Part shown: positions 27,879 to 42,307 of the stretch, in pieces
Position numbering within the stretch: the first letter of the stretch is position 1
How the letters are laid out: the number at the start of each line of letters is the position of its first letter
Source: Anaeramoeba ignava BMAN
Lineage: Eukaryota > Protista > Anaeramoebae
Direction of reading: 5' to 3'
DNA length: 64,000 bases
NCBI GenBank assembly: GCA_028826165.1
Contig: JAPDFW010000092.1
Span: 248,001-312,000 of the forward strand
Notes under the pieces: model-generated
Told to the model about the DNA's origin: nothing
Seen by the model: the letters and a program-made list of their open reading frames with translations, nothing else
The model's database searches: none
Program-made: the position numbers and the translations under genes

Positions 27879-30500
27879 TTAATCATTTTTATTTTCATTA
27901 TTTTCTATTTTAATTTTCTTTTTTAATTCATTTCTCTTTTTAATTCTTAAATAACTTCTTTTGTTAATCCATTTTGGAATAAAAAATGAAACAGCGATTG
28001 TAATTATTCCAATTATTGCATTAATATAAAAAACAAAGAAATAATTAAATGGATATTTAAGTGAATTTGTTAAAGACCAAGAATAAATTGATCCACTAAC
28101 TATTTTTGTTTAGATTAATTAAATATTTTTAATTTTAATTTTAATTTTAATTTTAATTTTAATTTTAATTTTAATTTGATTTACGAATAGGTCCAAAACT
28201 TCTAAAAAGAGCTGCAAATGTTTGTCCAATTCCATTAATACTTCCAATTCTATTTTTAAAAATTTTGGATTTTGAATTTTAAATGATAAATAATAAAAAT
28301 AGGAAAATTACCTATATGATCTTGCAGAATTACTAATTATTAAAAAAACACTTGTATAAGCAAAAGTAGATAATCCATAATTTATTGTATAAATGAATAA
28401 AAAGAAAACCCATGTTGTTTTTGTTCCATATTTTTGATCAATTATTGATAAATAAGGAAATGAAGTTATAAAAATAGAACTAATAATTATTGTTAATCTG
28501 AATAAATTAGCAGGTGAAAAATATTTGGCAATTCTTGGATAAATTATCATTTGGAAAAAAAGATATGATGCACTTGCAACTGAATTTCCAATAGCAATAT
28601 TACTTGGTGAAAATCCTAATCCTGAATCACTTTTGGATTGAAAACAAAAAAGTGGAACAACTGTTTCAAATAAAATACAGAAAAATCTATTTGTTATTTG
28701 TTATTATTTATATTTTGAAATTGTTAAATTTGTTTGTAAATTGGATATGATTTTTTTTAAATTAAACTAACGAAAATAATCCATATAATAAACATGGCAA
28801 TATAACATATTTATGATTTTTAATAAATTCCTTAAATGTTTGTTGTCCATTATCATTAAAATTTTTATCATAATATCTATAATCATTTTCATCAGTTATT
28901 TTCTTTTTTTCATTTTGATTTTCTACAATTTCTTCTTCAATTCTATCTGAACTAATTAAATTTGGATCAGTTTCAGTTTCAATTTCAGTTTCACTTACAA
29001 TTTCAGTTTTAAAATCTTCTGGAAAAATTGGATAAAGTTCTTTCCATTCATCTTCCTTTTTTTTATTATTACTACTAATACTATTTGATCTCATTTCTTT
29101 CATTTGTTTTTTAATATCTTTTTCAAAATCAATATTTTCAAATTCATCAAGAATAATATCAATTTGTTTATATTGATTTGCATAATAAAAAAATGATTTA
29201 GGATCAACAATAATTTTGGAAAGAATTTGAGAATCAGGTTTATTTGTAAAATTATCAGGAGACATTAAATCACAATCAAATAAAGGTCTTCTTTTTAATA
29301 AAGTTTCTTTTAAAAATATTAAAACAATAATGAATGCAACTAAAGATAAAGCAGCGGAAATTGCATTTGGAAGGAAATAAGGATATTTATCAAGAAAACT
29401 TCCTTTTTTAACATCAAGTTCAACTGTATATCCTCCTAATAATGGTGCAATAACTTTTTGGATATTTTAATATTTTAATATTTATTAATATTTTAATATT
29501 TAGGATATTTTAATATTTTAATATTTTGGATATTTATTTAATATTTTAATATTTGGATATTTAGATATTTTAATATTTAAATATTTTAATATTTTGATAT
29601 TTTAATATTTTATTATTTATTTGATATTTTAATATTTTAATATTTTATTATTTTAATATTTTGGATATTTTAATATTTTAATATTTTGGATATTTTAATA
29701 TTTTAATATTTACTTCCTGCAATTCCATCAGAAAAACCAATAGTGGACATACAAAAAGCTTGATTTCCTGAATTACATATTTCATTTAACATTGTCTTTT
29801 TAATTTTAATTTTGAATTTAGATATTAAATTTGAATTTGATTTTGATTTTAATTTTGATTTTGATTTTGATTTATTTTAAATTTAAATTTAGATTTTGAA
29901 TTTGAATTTGAATTTGAATTTGATTTTGATTTTGAATTTGATTTTTTTACTTTTGAAACTCCAAGATTTCCTAATAAACATTAATTCAAATTAAATTAAT
30001 TTATTGATTTTTTATTAATAAAAATAAAAAGTGGAATAAAAATAAAAATAAAAATAAAAATAAATTTACCATATAAAAGTCCAGAAAGTCCTTTAAAAAG
30101 AAAAACCCACCAAATTGTAAAAGTGAATCCAAATAAAAATATTGTAATTAATAATGATAAACTTCCAAAAAGAAGAACTTTCTTTCTTCCAATTTTATCA
30201 GATAATTTCCCAAAAAAAAAAGCTAAAATTTTTTAAAAATAAAAAAGAAAAATTTGTTTATCATGAAAAAAATTTAAATAAAATTAATTTAAAAAATAAA
30301 TAATAAAATATATATTTACAACTAATAAATTGGCAAATATAAAAAGTTGAAGAAAACAAACCAACTAAATAACCAACTTGACTTTTGGAATTAGTGACAT
30401 GAAAAGATTCAATCATAAAAGGAATATAAGGAGAAGATTGTAATAATAAAATGTTATCAACTGTGGCATTTAATAATAAATTTAAAATTTGTTTCCACAT
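27879..30500 (-). CDS. MFS transporter, ZIFL/tetracycline-efflux-like, copy A (592 aa, 8 exons)
   Basis: Exons 30500-30320, 30222-30070, 29970-29951, 29795-29714, 29453-28772, 28686-28312, 28249-28185 and 28099-27879 total 1779 nt in frame. Motif A GKLSDKIGRK, PYIPFMI, GNLGVSKTMLNEI, YPYFLPN, GLGFS, GSINGIGQ...RSFGP. Confidence 0.9.
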
Positions 30501-30613
30501 AAAAATTTAAAAAGAAAAAAATGAAAAAAAAAATTATTTGACAAATCAAAATGCGATCAAAAAAATTTTTTTTCTTTTATGTAAAAAATTCTTTAATCAT
30601 TTTTCATCATTTT

Positions 30614-33600
30614 CTATTTTAATTTTCTTTTTTTAGTTCTTAAATAAGTTCTTTTGTTAATCCATTTTGGAATAAAAAATGAAACAGCGATTGTAATTAT
30701 TCCAATTATAACAGAAATATAAAAAACAAAGAAATAATTAAATGGATATTTAAGTGAATTTGTTAAAGACCAAGAATAAATTGATCCACTAACTATTTTT
30801 GTTTAGATTGATTGAATGTTTTTGGATTAATTAAATATTTTTGGATTAATTAAATAACTTTAGATTGATTAAATATTTTTAGATTGATTAAATATTTTTA
30901 GATTGATTAAATATTTTTGGATTAATTAAATATTTTTAGATTGATTAAATATTTTTGGATTAATTAAATATTTTTGTTTAGATTAAATATTTTTGGATTG
31001 ATTAAATATTTTTGGATTAATTAAATATTTTTGTTTAGATTGATTAAATATTTTTGGATTGATTAAATATGTTTGGATTAATTAAATATTTTTGGATTGA
31101 TTAAATAATTTCAATTTTGATTTTGATTTTAATTTTGATTTTGATTTTATTTACGAATAGGTCCAAAACTTCTAAAAAGAGCTGCAAATGTTTGTCCAAT
31201 TCCATTAATACTTCCAATTCTATTTTTAAAAATTTTGGATTTTGAATTTTAAATAATAAATAATAAAAATGGAAAAATTACCTATATGATCTTGCAGAAT
31301 TACTAATTATTAAAAAAACACTTGTATAAGCAAAAGTAGATAATCCATAATTTATTGTATAAATGAATAAAAAGAAAACCCATGTTGTTTTTGTTCCATA
31401 TTTTTGATCAATTATTGATAAATAAGGAAATGAAGTTATAAAAATAGAACTAATAATTATTGTTAATCTGAATAAATTAACAGGTGAAAAATATTTGGCA
31501 ATTCTTGGATAAATTATCATTTGGAAAAAAAGATATGATGCACTTGCAACTGAATTTCCAATAGCAATATTACTTGGTGAAAATCCTAATCCTGAATCAC
31601 TTTTGGATTGAAAACAAAAAAGTGGAACAACTGTTTCAAATAAAATACAGAAAAATCTATTTGTTATTTGTTATTATTTATATTTTGAAATTGTTAAATT
31701 TGTTTGTAAATTGAATATGATTTTTTTTAAATTAAACTAACGAAAATAATCCATATAATAAACATGGTAATATAACATATTTATGATTCTTAATAAATTC
31801 TCCAAATGTTTGTTGTCCATTATCATTAAAATATTTATCATAATATCTATAATCATTTTCATCAGTTATTTTCTTTTTTTCATTTTGATTTTCTACAATT
31901 TCTTCTTCAATTCCATCTGAACTAATTAAATTTGGATCAGTTTCGGTTTCTGTTCCTGTTTCAATTCCACTTGATTCTGATTTTAATTCATCTTCTGGAA
32001 AAATTGGAAGTATTTCTTGCCATTCATCTTCTTCTTTTTTTTGATTTTTTTTTTTTGATTTTTTTTTCATTATTTTTTCAATTTCTTCTTCAAAATCAAT
32101 ATCAGTGAAATCGTCAAGAATAATTTCTAAATGTTTATAATGATTTGCATAATAAAAGAATATACTTGGATCAACAATAATTTGGGAAAGAATTTGAGAA
32201 TCAGGTTTATTTGTAAAATTATCAGGAGACATTAAATCACAATCAAATAAAGGTCTTCTTTTTAATAAAGTTTCTTTTAAAAATAATAAATTAATAATAA
32301 ATGCGATTAAAGATAAAGCAGCAGAAATTGCATTTGGAAGGAAATAAGGATATTTATCAAGAAAACTTCCTTTTTCAACATCAAGTTCAACTGTATATCC
32401 TCCTAATAATGGTGCAAAAACTTTTTGGATATTTATTTAAATATTTTAATATTTTAATATTTTAATATTTTATTATTTAAATATTTTAATATTTTGGATA
32501 TTTTAATATTTTGGATATTTAATAATATTTTGGATATTTTGGATATTTTGGATATTTTGGATATTTTGGATATTTTAATATTTTAATATTTATTAATATT
32601 TTGGATATTTTGGATATTTTGGATATTTTTAATATTTTTAATATTTTAATATTTTAATATTTTGGATATTTTAATATTTTGGATATTTTAATTTTAATAT
32701 TTTAATATTTTTATTTTAATATTTTAATATTTTGGATATTTTGGATATTTTGGATATTTATTTGATATTTTATTATTTTAATATTATTTTGGATATTTTT
32801 AATATTTTTTGATATTTATTTGATATTTTAATATTTTAATATTTTATTATTTTAATATTTAAATATTTTGGATATTTTGGATATTTTGGATATTTTTATT
32901 TAATATTTTTTTGGATATTTTAATATTTTGGATATTTAATATTTTGGATATTTTAATATTTTAATATTTTGGATATTTTAATATTTTGATATTTTGATAT
33001 TTTAATAATATTTTGGATATTTATTTGATATTTTGGATATTTTAATAATATTTTGGATATTTTAATATTTTAATATTTACTTCCTGCAATTCCATCAGAA
33101 AAACCAATAATTGCCATACAAAAAGCTTGATTTCCTGAATTACATATTTCATTTAACATTGTCTTTTTAATTTTAAATTTTAAATTTGAATTTGAATTTG
33201 AATTTGAATTTGAATTTGAATTTGAAGAATTTGAATTTGAATTTGATTTTTTTACTTTTGAAACTCCAAGATTTCCTAATAAACATTAATTCAAATTAAA
33301 TTAATTTATTGATTTTTTATTAATAAAAATAAAAAGTGGAATAAAAATAAAAATAAAAATAAAAATAAAAATAAATTTACCATATAAAAGTCCAGAAAGT
33401 CCTTTAAAAAGAAAAACCCACCAAATTGTAAAAGTAAATCCAAATAAAAATATTGTAATTAATAATGATAAACTTCCAAAAAGAAGAACTTTCTTTCTTC
33501 CAATTTTATCAGATAATTTCCCAAAAAAAAAAGCTAATTTTTAAAAATAAAAAAGAAAAATTTGTTTATCATGAAAAAAATTTAAATAAAATTAATTTAA

Positions 33601-33807
33601 AAATAAATAATAAAATATATATTTACAACTAATAAATTGGCAAATATAAAAAGTTGAAGAAAACAAACCAACTAAATAACCAACTTGACTTTTGGAATTA
33701 GTGACATGAAAAGATTCAATCATAAAAGGAATATAAGGAGAAGATTGTTTCAAAGAACTTCTATCAACTGATTCAGAAAACAATAAAAAAGGAATTTGTT
33801 TCCACAT
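30614..33807 (-). CDS. MFS transporter, copy B
   Basis: Same eight-exon structure and motifs as copy A; TAG stop at 30614-30616. Confidence 0.87.
32421..33080 (-). repeat. 660-nt MFS-B intron 4 made of 8-9-bp units (AAAATATT/AAAATATCC)
   Basis: The array spans from the GTAAAT donor to the CAAAAAG acceptor. Confidence 0.88.
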
Positions 33808-33930
33808 AAAAATTTAAAAAGAAAAAAATGAAATGAAAAAAACTCAAAATTTTCCCTATTTTCAGTTTTTTTTTTTTATTTCTTTTATGAATTTTTCTAA
33901 TAAGATTTCAAAAAAAAAAGAGGAAAAAAA

Positions 33931-35859
33931 TCAACGACGATAGAAATAACGTCTGAAATTGAACCAAAGATGGAAAACACCTTTATCAAAAAAGGCTTTG
34001 AATCCTCTTCTTCGAGAATTTTCCCATTCACGATTAACAATTTTAAAGGCGACATCCTCATAAGGAGGACCAGCATGAAAACGTAAAATGGAAATTTCGG
34101 GAGAATTAGTTTTTTCAACGCTATAAAAAGGAGTTTTTGATTTATCAATCAAATCAGGATAGAAAATATTGAATTTGTATCCTTGAACTGTTTTTGGAGG
34201 AGGATTTTCTCCATCGTAATGAATTCTATTGTAAGAATTCCATTCATATCCTGTTTTGATTCTGTTGAAATATCTTGGTTTTCTTGGTCGATATTTGTTA
34301 TCCCATGAATAAGTTTGTTGATTCAATTGGATTTCATCAGTAAATAGATCGTCATCATCTTCTTCGTTTTCTTCTAAATTATTATATTCATCTCCAAGAG
34401 TAAGCGGATTTAGTGGTTTGTCTTCAGAAGTGTCTTTTGCTTCTGTCAGATCTTCATTTGCGATGAATTCTTCGAATCCTTTGATTAAATCATCTTTTTC
34501 ATATTCAGAAGTTGTTGATTCTTGTGTTTTTTCAGTGTGATTTTTTGTTTGTTGGTATTTATTGTATTTCTTTTCAAGAATTTCAATATTAGCATTTTCT
34601 TCTTCATCGCTATATATGTCTTCATTTTGATTTTCATTTTGATTTCCATTTAAATTTTCATTTAAATTTTCATTTTGATTTTCATTTTGATTTTCATTTA
34701 AATTTTCATTTTGAATATTTTTCTCTTTTTTTTCTTTCTGCTCCTTTTCTAAAATTTCATACAATATTGATAGTCTCTTGCGGAGTTTAATCTCGTGTTT
34801 TTCTCGCAGAAAAGCTTTTGCCTTGTATAACTTAATGAGGCTGTGCATAGCCTCCCAATATTCAATATCACCAACATCATCTGAATTCATATGATCTTCA
34901 ACTTCCATTTGCAATGCATCGAGTTCAGTGAATGTTTTATCAGTGATTGCTTCCAAAATATCGTTTTTGACTGATTCATGAACTCCATATTCAAATCCAG
35001 AGCGAAAACCCAAAAACTGTGGATTTGATTGATTTTTTGAATTTTCCATTTGCAAAAAATTTTCATGATTAGAATTCTCAAAATTATTGGATTGATTTTG
35101 TTGAATCAAAGAATCCTCTTGAGCCATTCTAAAGCGGGCTCTTCGGATTTCGTCTTCGCAAATAATTTGCAATTGGATCCACGAGCTTTTGTGGACATCT
35201 CCAAGCTCGATAAAAGTTTTAATTTCCTCAGAAAGTTGTTCCAAACTAGAAAGATCCAAAACTTCAAATAATTTATAAGGTTCTTGAGTATCAATATCAT
35301 ATCTCAAATCCAAAGTGACGCTTTTATACAGTTTGTCGATAGGATGTTCTCTTCCTTCCTTTATTCTAATATGCGTTCTATATTTTGCTTGTTGAAGATG
35401 AAATTCATGATCCTTTTTATTCATCTCCAAAACTTTTGCCAATCCTTCTTGTCTTTCCAATCTTGCCTTTTCCTCCTCCCAAATTTTCTTTTCATACTCG
35501 CGTTGCTCACGCGCTTTTTTAACCTTCATAATTTCATTATGTAATTCTTCACGCTTTTTTTTTTGCTCCTTAATGATGTCATCTTCCGTTATGATTCCTT
35601 TATTTAATTCTTTTTCCTTCTTTTTTTTCCATACAAATACTTGCGTTAAATTTGAATCTCCAAATGGATTGTCATCGTTTGTATATCCAAATACTTTTTC
35701 TTCTTGTTTCCCCATTTTTTGTCGCTTTTTTTTAGTCCGTTTTTTTTTGTGTCCTTCATTTGGTTCAATTTCTTTTGATTTTTGTTTTCTTCGTTGTTTT
35801 TTAAGTTCTTTTAAAATTTTTTTTCTTTCTTTTGGATCAAGTGAATCTAAAACATCCAT
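33931..35859 (-). CDS. CACTIN: Cactin (spliceosomal C/C* complex factor)
   Basis: Intronless, 642 aa. GYTNDDNPFGDSNL..FVW, FHLQQAK.R..IRIKEGR, and the C-terminal domain KYRPRKPRYFNR..TGYEWN.YN..HYD..NPPPKTVQGYKFNIFYPDLIDK...FHAGPPYED.AFKIVN.EW. Confidence 0.97.
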   Translation of the reverse strand: MDVLDSLDPKERKKILKELKKQRRKQKSKEIEPNEGHKKKRTKKKRQKMGKQEEKVFGYTNDDNPFGDSNLTQVFVWKKKKEKELNKGIITEDDIIKEQKKKREELHNEIMKVKKAREQREYEKKIWEEEKARLERQEGLAKVLEMNKKDHEFHLQQAKYRTHIRIKEGREHPIDKLYKSVTLDLRYDIDTQEPYKLFEVLDLSSLEQLSEEIKTFIELGDVHKSSWIQLQIICEDEIRRARFRMAQEDSLIQQNQSNNFENSNHENFLQMENSKNQSNPQFLGFRSGFEYGVHESVKNDILEAITDKTFTELDALQMEVEDHMNSDDVGDIEYWEAMHSLIKLYKAKAFLREKHEIKLRKRLSILYEILEKEQKEKKEKNIQNENLNENQNENQNENLNENLNGNQNENQNEDIYSDEEENANIEILEKKYNKYQQTKNHTEKTQESTTSEYEKDDLIKGFEEFIANEDLTEAKDTSEDKPLNPLTLGDEYNNLEENEEDDDDLFTDEIQLNQQTYSWDNKYRPRKPRYFNRIKTGYEWNSYNRIHYDGENPPPKTVQGYKFNIFYPDLIDKSKTPFYSVEKTNSPEISILRFHAGPPYEDVAFKIVNREWENSRRRGFKAFFDKGVFHLWFNFRRYFYRR

Positions 35860-35971
35860 TAATAATAAATTTAAAATGAAAATTAAAAAAATGAAAATTA
35901 AAAATGAAAATTAAAATCGGAAAAAATATTTTTTTTTAGAATTTTATTTCTTTTTCAAAATTTTTTAATCA

Positions 35972-38654
35972 TTATTTTCTTTTTTTAGTTCTTAATTGAG
36001 TTCTTTTGCTAACCCATTTTGGAATAAAAAATGAAATTAAAATTGTAATTATTCCAACTATTGCATTAATATAAAAAACAAAGAAATAATTAAATGGATA
36101 TTTAAGTGAATTTGTTAAAGACCAAGAATAAATTGATCCACTAACTATTTTTGTTTAGATTGATTAAATATTTTAATTTTAATTTTAAATTTAATTTTAA
36201 TTTTAATTTTAATTTTAATTTTAATTTTAATTTTAATTCCATTAATTTTAATTACGAATAGATTTTCAAAACTTTTGAAAAAGATTTATTTTGATATTAA
36301 AATTTTGATTTTGATTTTCCAATTTTCCATTAATGATTTTTAATTTTAGTTTTAAAGATTTTTATTTTAATTTTGATTTTGATTTTAATTTTCATTTTGA
36401 TTTTGATTTTGATTTTGATTTTGATTTTGATTTTGATTTTGATTTTGATTTTTTTGATTTTGATTTTGATTTTGATTTTGATTTTGATTTTGATTTTGAT
36501 TTTGATTTTAATTTTGATTTTGATTTTGAATTTAGATTTTGATTTTGATTTTGATTTTGATTTTGATTTGATTTTGGTTTTGATTTTGATTTTGAATTTT
36601 AAATAATAAATTTTGATTTTTAAATAATAAATAATAAAAATGAATTATTGATTATTAAAAAAAGACTTGTAAAAGCTATTGTAATGGTTCCATAACTTGT
36701 TGTATAAATTAATAAAAAGAAAACCCATGTTGCTTTTGTTCCATATTTTTGATCAATTATTGATAAACAAGGAAATGAAATTATAAAAATAGAGTTGATA
36801 ACTAGTATTGATCTGTATAAATTAATAGGTGAAAAATATTTGGCAATTCTTGGATAAATTATCATTTGGAAAAAAAGATATGATGCACTTGCAACTGCAT
36901 TTCCAATAGCAATATTACTTGGTGAAAATCCTAATCCTGAATCACTTTTGGATTGAAAACAAAAAATTGGAACAACTGTTTCAAATAAAACAATATAAAA
37001 TCTATTTGTTATTGTTATTATTATTTATATTTTGAAATTGTTAAATTTGTTTGTAAATTGAATATGATTTTTTTTAAATTAAACTAACGAAGTTAATCCA
37101 TATAATAAACATGGTAATATAGCATATTTATGGCTTTTAATAAATTCCTTAAATGTTTGTTGTCCATTATCATTAAAATATTTATCATAATATCTATAAT
37201 CATTTTCATCAGTTATTTTCTCATTTTCATTTTTATTTTCTACAATTTCTTCTATTTCATCTCCAAGTTTATCTGAACTAATTAAATTTGGATCAGTTTC
37301 GGTTTCTGTTTCACTTTCAATTTCAGCTTCAGTTTTAAAATCATCTTCTGGGAAAATTGGATAAAGTTCTTGCCATTCATCATCTTCTTGATTATTACCA
37401 TTATTTGATCTCATTTCTTTCATTTGCTTTTTAATATCTTTTTCAAAATCAATAGTTTCAAATTCATCAAGAATAATATCAATTTGTTTATATTGATTTG
37501 CATAATAAAAAAATGATTTAGGATCAACAATAATTTTAGGAAAAATTTGAGATTCAAGCTTATTTGTAAAATTTTTAGGAGACATTAAATCACAACTAAA
37601 TAAAGGTCTTCTTTTTAATAAAGTTTCTTTCAAAAATAATAAATTAATAAAGAATGCAACTAAAGATAAAGCAGCAGAAATTGCATTTGGAAGGAAATAA
37701 GGATATTTATCAAGAAAACTTCCTTTTTCAACATCAAGTTCAACTGTATATCCTCCTAATAATTGTCCAATAACTTTTTGGATATTTATTTTAATATTTT
37801 GGATATTTTAATATTTATTTGATATTTGGATATTTTGATATTTTGGATATTTTGATATTTTGATATTTTGGATATTTTGATATTTTGGATATTTTAATAT
37901 TTTAATATTTTAATATTTTGGATATTTAATAATATTTAGATATTTAATAATATTTTGGATATTTTAATATTTACTTCCACCAATTCCATATCCAAAACCA
38001 AGAGCAGACATACAAAATGCTTGATTTCCTGATTTACATATTTCATTTAACATCGTCTTTTTAATTTTAATTTTAATTTTAAATTATGAATTTTTGAATT
38101 TAAGAAAAAAAAAGTGGAAAGTGGAATTTTATTTTTTTTGTTTGTTTAAATTTACTTTTTCCATTCCAAGATTTGCTTGAAAATGATTAAATAAAAAATG
38201 ATTAAATAAAGATCCAAAAAAATATATTTTGTTGTTAAAAGAATAAAATCAATTTACCAAAAGAAGACCAGATAATCCATAATTAAGAAAAACCCACCAA
38301 ATTGTAAAAGTAAATCCAAATAAAAAAGATGTAAATGATAAAACAAGATTTCCAAAAAGAATTATTTTTTTTCTTCCAATTTTATCAGATAATTTCCCAA
38401 AAAAAAAAGCTAAAATTATAATTTATTTTAAATTCAAAATAAATCAATATTTAATAAAGAATTGATTAATTACAACTAAATAATTGACAAATTTGATAAG
38501 TTGAATAAAATAAACCAACTAAATAACCAACTTGTGATTTTGAATTTGTAACTTTAAATGATTCAATCATAAAAGGAACATAAGAAAAATATTGAAGATA
38601 AGTTATGCTTTCAATAATATAAGAAAGTGAAACTATTCCTATTTGACTCCACAT
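35972..38654 (-). pseudogene. MFS transporter, copy C; end of exon 6 and exon 7 disrupted (pseudogene or assembly error)
   Basis: Exons 1-5 and 8 are intact. The exon-6 donor is missing near 36640; exon 7 survives only as fragments mixed with (TTTTGA)n at ~36255-36340. Confidence 0.7.
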
Positions 38655-39101
38655 CTAATTTTTTAATAACAAACAAAAATAGATTTTGATATTTCAAAAA
38701 CTAAAATGAAATTATAAACAAAGAAAAAAAATGAAATTTATAACAGAAAAAAAAATTTATTTAAGATGATTTGGAAATATAACTTTGAGTAATCGAATTC
38801 AAAAAGAAAATTTATTTTTTTTCAGATCATTTCTTCGTTTTATTTATTCTAAGTTTAATTATCTTTGCCTCTTTTATTATTTTAATTTAAATCAACTTAA
38901 ATAAAAAGATTTTTAATTTTTTTGGGGAGTATCTTCATTCATTTTTAAACACTTTTTCATTTATAAAATTAAAACAGAAATGTTCAAAAAATAAAAATTA
39001 AAACAAAAAATAAATTCGAAAAATTATTTTATTTATTTTGATTAAATTAAAAAAGAAAAGAATTTGATCATAAATTGGGAAAAAACAAAGAAAAAAAATA
39101 T

Positions 39102-42100
39102 TCAAATTAAATTTTCATTTTCATTTTCATTTTCATTTTCATTTTCATTTATAATTTTCATTTTTATCTTTAATTCATTTCTTTTTTTACTTCTTAAAAC
39201 ACTTCTTTTGTTAATCCATTTTGGAATAAAAAATGAAACAATGAATGTAATTATTCCAATTACAACAGAAATATAAAAAACAAAGAAATAATTAAATGGA
39301 TATTTAAGTGAATTTGTTAAAGACCAAGAATAAACTGATCCACTAACTATTTTTGTTTAGATTGATTAAATATTTTTAGATTGATTGAATATTTTTGGAT
39401 TGATTAAATATTTTTAGATTAATTAAATATTTTTAGATTGATTAAATAATTTTAGATTGATTAAATATTTTTGGATTAATTAAATAACTTTGGATTAATT
39501 AAATAATTTTGGATTAATTAAATATTTCTAATTTTAATTTTAATTTTAATTTTGATTTTGATTTTGATTTTGATTTTGATTTTAATTTTAATTTTAATTT
39601 TAATTTTAATATTTTTGGATTAATTAAATAATTTTAGATTGATTAAATATTTTTAATTTTAATTTTGATTTTGATTAAATGATTTTGATTTTAATTTTAA
39701 TTTTAATTTTAGTTTTAATTTTAATTTTAATTTTGATTTTAATTTTAATTTTAATTTTAATTTTAATATTTTTGGATTAATTAAATGTTTTTAGATTGAT
39801 TAAATATTTTTAGATTGATTAAATATTTTTGGATTAATTAAATATTTTTAATTTTAATTTTGATTTTGATTAAATGATTTTGATTTTAATTTTAATTTTA
39901 ATTTTAATTTTAATTTTAATTTTAATTTTATTTACGAATAGGTCCAAAACTTTTAAAAAGAGCTGCAAATGTTTGTCCAATTCCATTAATACTTCCAATT
40001 CTATTTTTAAAAATTTTGGATTTTGAATTTTAAATAATAAATAATAAAAATGGAAAAATTACCTAAATGGTCTTGCAGAATTATTAACTACTAAAAAAAG
40101 ACTTGTAAAAGCAATAGATTCCAATCCAAAATTTATTGTATAAATTAATAAAAAGAAAACCCATGTTACTTTTTTTCCATATTTTTGATCAATTATTGAT
40201 AAATAAGGAAATGAAATTATAAAAATAGAACTAATAATTATTATTGATCTGAATAAATTAATAGGTGAAAAATATTTGGAAATTCTTGGATAAACTATCA
40301 TTTGGAAAAAAAGATATGATGCACATGATACTGCATTTCCAATAGCAATATCACTTGGTGAAAATCCTAATCCTGAATCACTTTTGGATTGAAAACAAAA
40401 GATTGGAACAACTGTATCAAATATTCCATAAAAAAGTCTGTTGTTGTTATTGTTGTTATTATTATTTATATTTTGAAATTGTTAAATTTGTTTGTAAATT
40501 GAATATGATTTTTTTAAATTAAACTAACGAAACTAATCCATATAATAAACATGGTAATATAACATATTTATGGCTTTTAATAAATTCCTTAAATGTTTGT
40601 TGTCCATTATCATTAAAATATTTATCATAATATCTATAATCATTTTCATCAGTTATTTTCTTTTTTTCATTTTGATTTTCTTCTATTTCTTCTTCAATTT
40701 CATCTGAACTAATTAAATTTGGATCAGTTTCGGTTTCAATTTCAGTTTCACTTCCACTTTCACTTCCACTTTCAGTTTTAAAATCATCTTCTGGGAAAAT
40801 TGGAAGAATTTCTTTCCATTCATCTTCTCTTTTTTTATTATTAATAACATTATTTGATCTCATTTCTTTCATTTGTTTTTTAATATCTTTTTCAAAATCA
40901 ATAGTTTTGAATTCATCTAAAATAATTTCAATTTGTTTATATTGATTTGCATAATAAAAAAATGATTTTCTATCAACAATAATTTTGGAAAGTTTTTTTG
41001 ATTCAGGTTTATTTGTAAAATTTTCAGGAGACATTAAATCACAATCAAATAAAGGTCTTCTTTTTAATAAAGTTTCTTTCAAAAATATTAAAACAATAAT
41101 AAATGAAACTAAAGATAAAGCAGCAGAAATTGCATTTGGAAGGAAATAAGGATATTTATCAAGAAAACTTCCTTTTTCAACATCAAGTTCAACTGTATAT
41201 CCTCCTAATAATGGTGCAATAACTTTTTGAATTTTTATTAATAATATTTTAATATTTTAATATTTTAATATTTTAATATTTTGGATATTTTGGATATTTT
41301 AATATTTTGGATATTTATTGATATTTTAATATTTTAATATTTTGGATATTTTAATATTTTAATATTTTAATATTTTAATATTTTAATATTTTAATATTTT
41401 AATATTTTGATATTTTGGATATTTTGGATATTTTAATATTTTAATATTTTGATATTTTGGATATTTTGATATTTTGGATATTTTGATATTTTGGATATTT
41501 TAATATTTTAATATTTTAATATTTTAATATTTTAATATTTTGGATATTTAATAATATTTATTAATATTTTGGATATTTATTAATAATATTTTGGATATTT
41601 TAATATTTTGGATATTTTAATATTTACTTCCACCAATTCCATATCCAAAACCAAGAGCAGACATACAAAATGCTTGATTTCCTGAACTACATATTTCATT
41701 TAACATTGTCTTTTTAATTTTAATTTTAATTTTAAATTATGAATTTTTGAATTTAAGAAAAAAAAAGTGGAAAGTGGAATTTTATTTTTTTTGTTTGTTT
41801 AAATTTACTTTTTCCATTCCAAGATTTGCTTGAAAATGATTAAATAAAAAATGATTAAATAAAGATCCAAAAAATATATTTTGTTGTTAAAAGAATAAAA
41901 TCAATTTACCATAAAGAAGACCAGATAATCCATAATTAAGAAAAACCCACCAAATTGTAAAAGTAAATCCAAATAAAAAAGATGTAAATGATAAAGCAAG
42001 ATTTCCAAAAAGAATTATTTTCTTTCTTCCAATTTTATCAGATAATTTCCCAAAAAAAAAAGCTAAAATTATAATTAATTTTAAATTCAAAATAAATCAA

Positions 42101-42307
42101 TATTTAATAAAGAATTGATTAATTACAACTAAAAAATTGGCAAATTTGATAAGTTGAATAAAATAAACCAACTAAATAACCAACTTGTGATTTTGAATTT
42201 GTAACTTTAAATGATTCAATCATAAAAGGAACATAAGGAGAAATTTGAAGAGAAGCTATACATTCAGTTGTAAAAGTAAACGTAATTACTCCTATTTGTC
42301 CTAACAT
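39102..42307 (-). CDS. MFS transporter, copy D
   Basis: All eight exons and splice sites are present; (EN)n tail ends at TGA 39102-39104. Confidence 0.87.

Noticed and set aside
38760-38950. Possible ncRNA in the MFS C/D spacer
   Set aside because: Slightly more complex sequence, but no complete C/D or H/ACA box set, tRNA fold or terminal stem.
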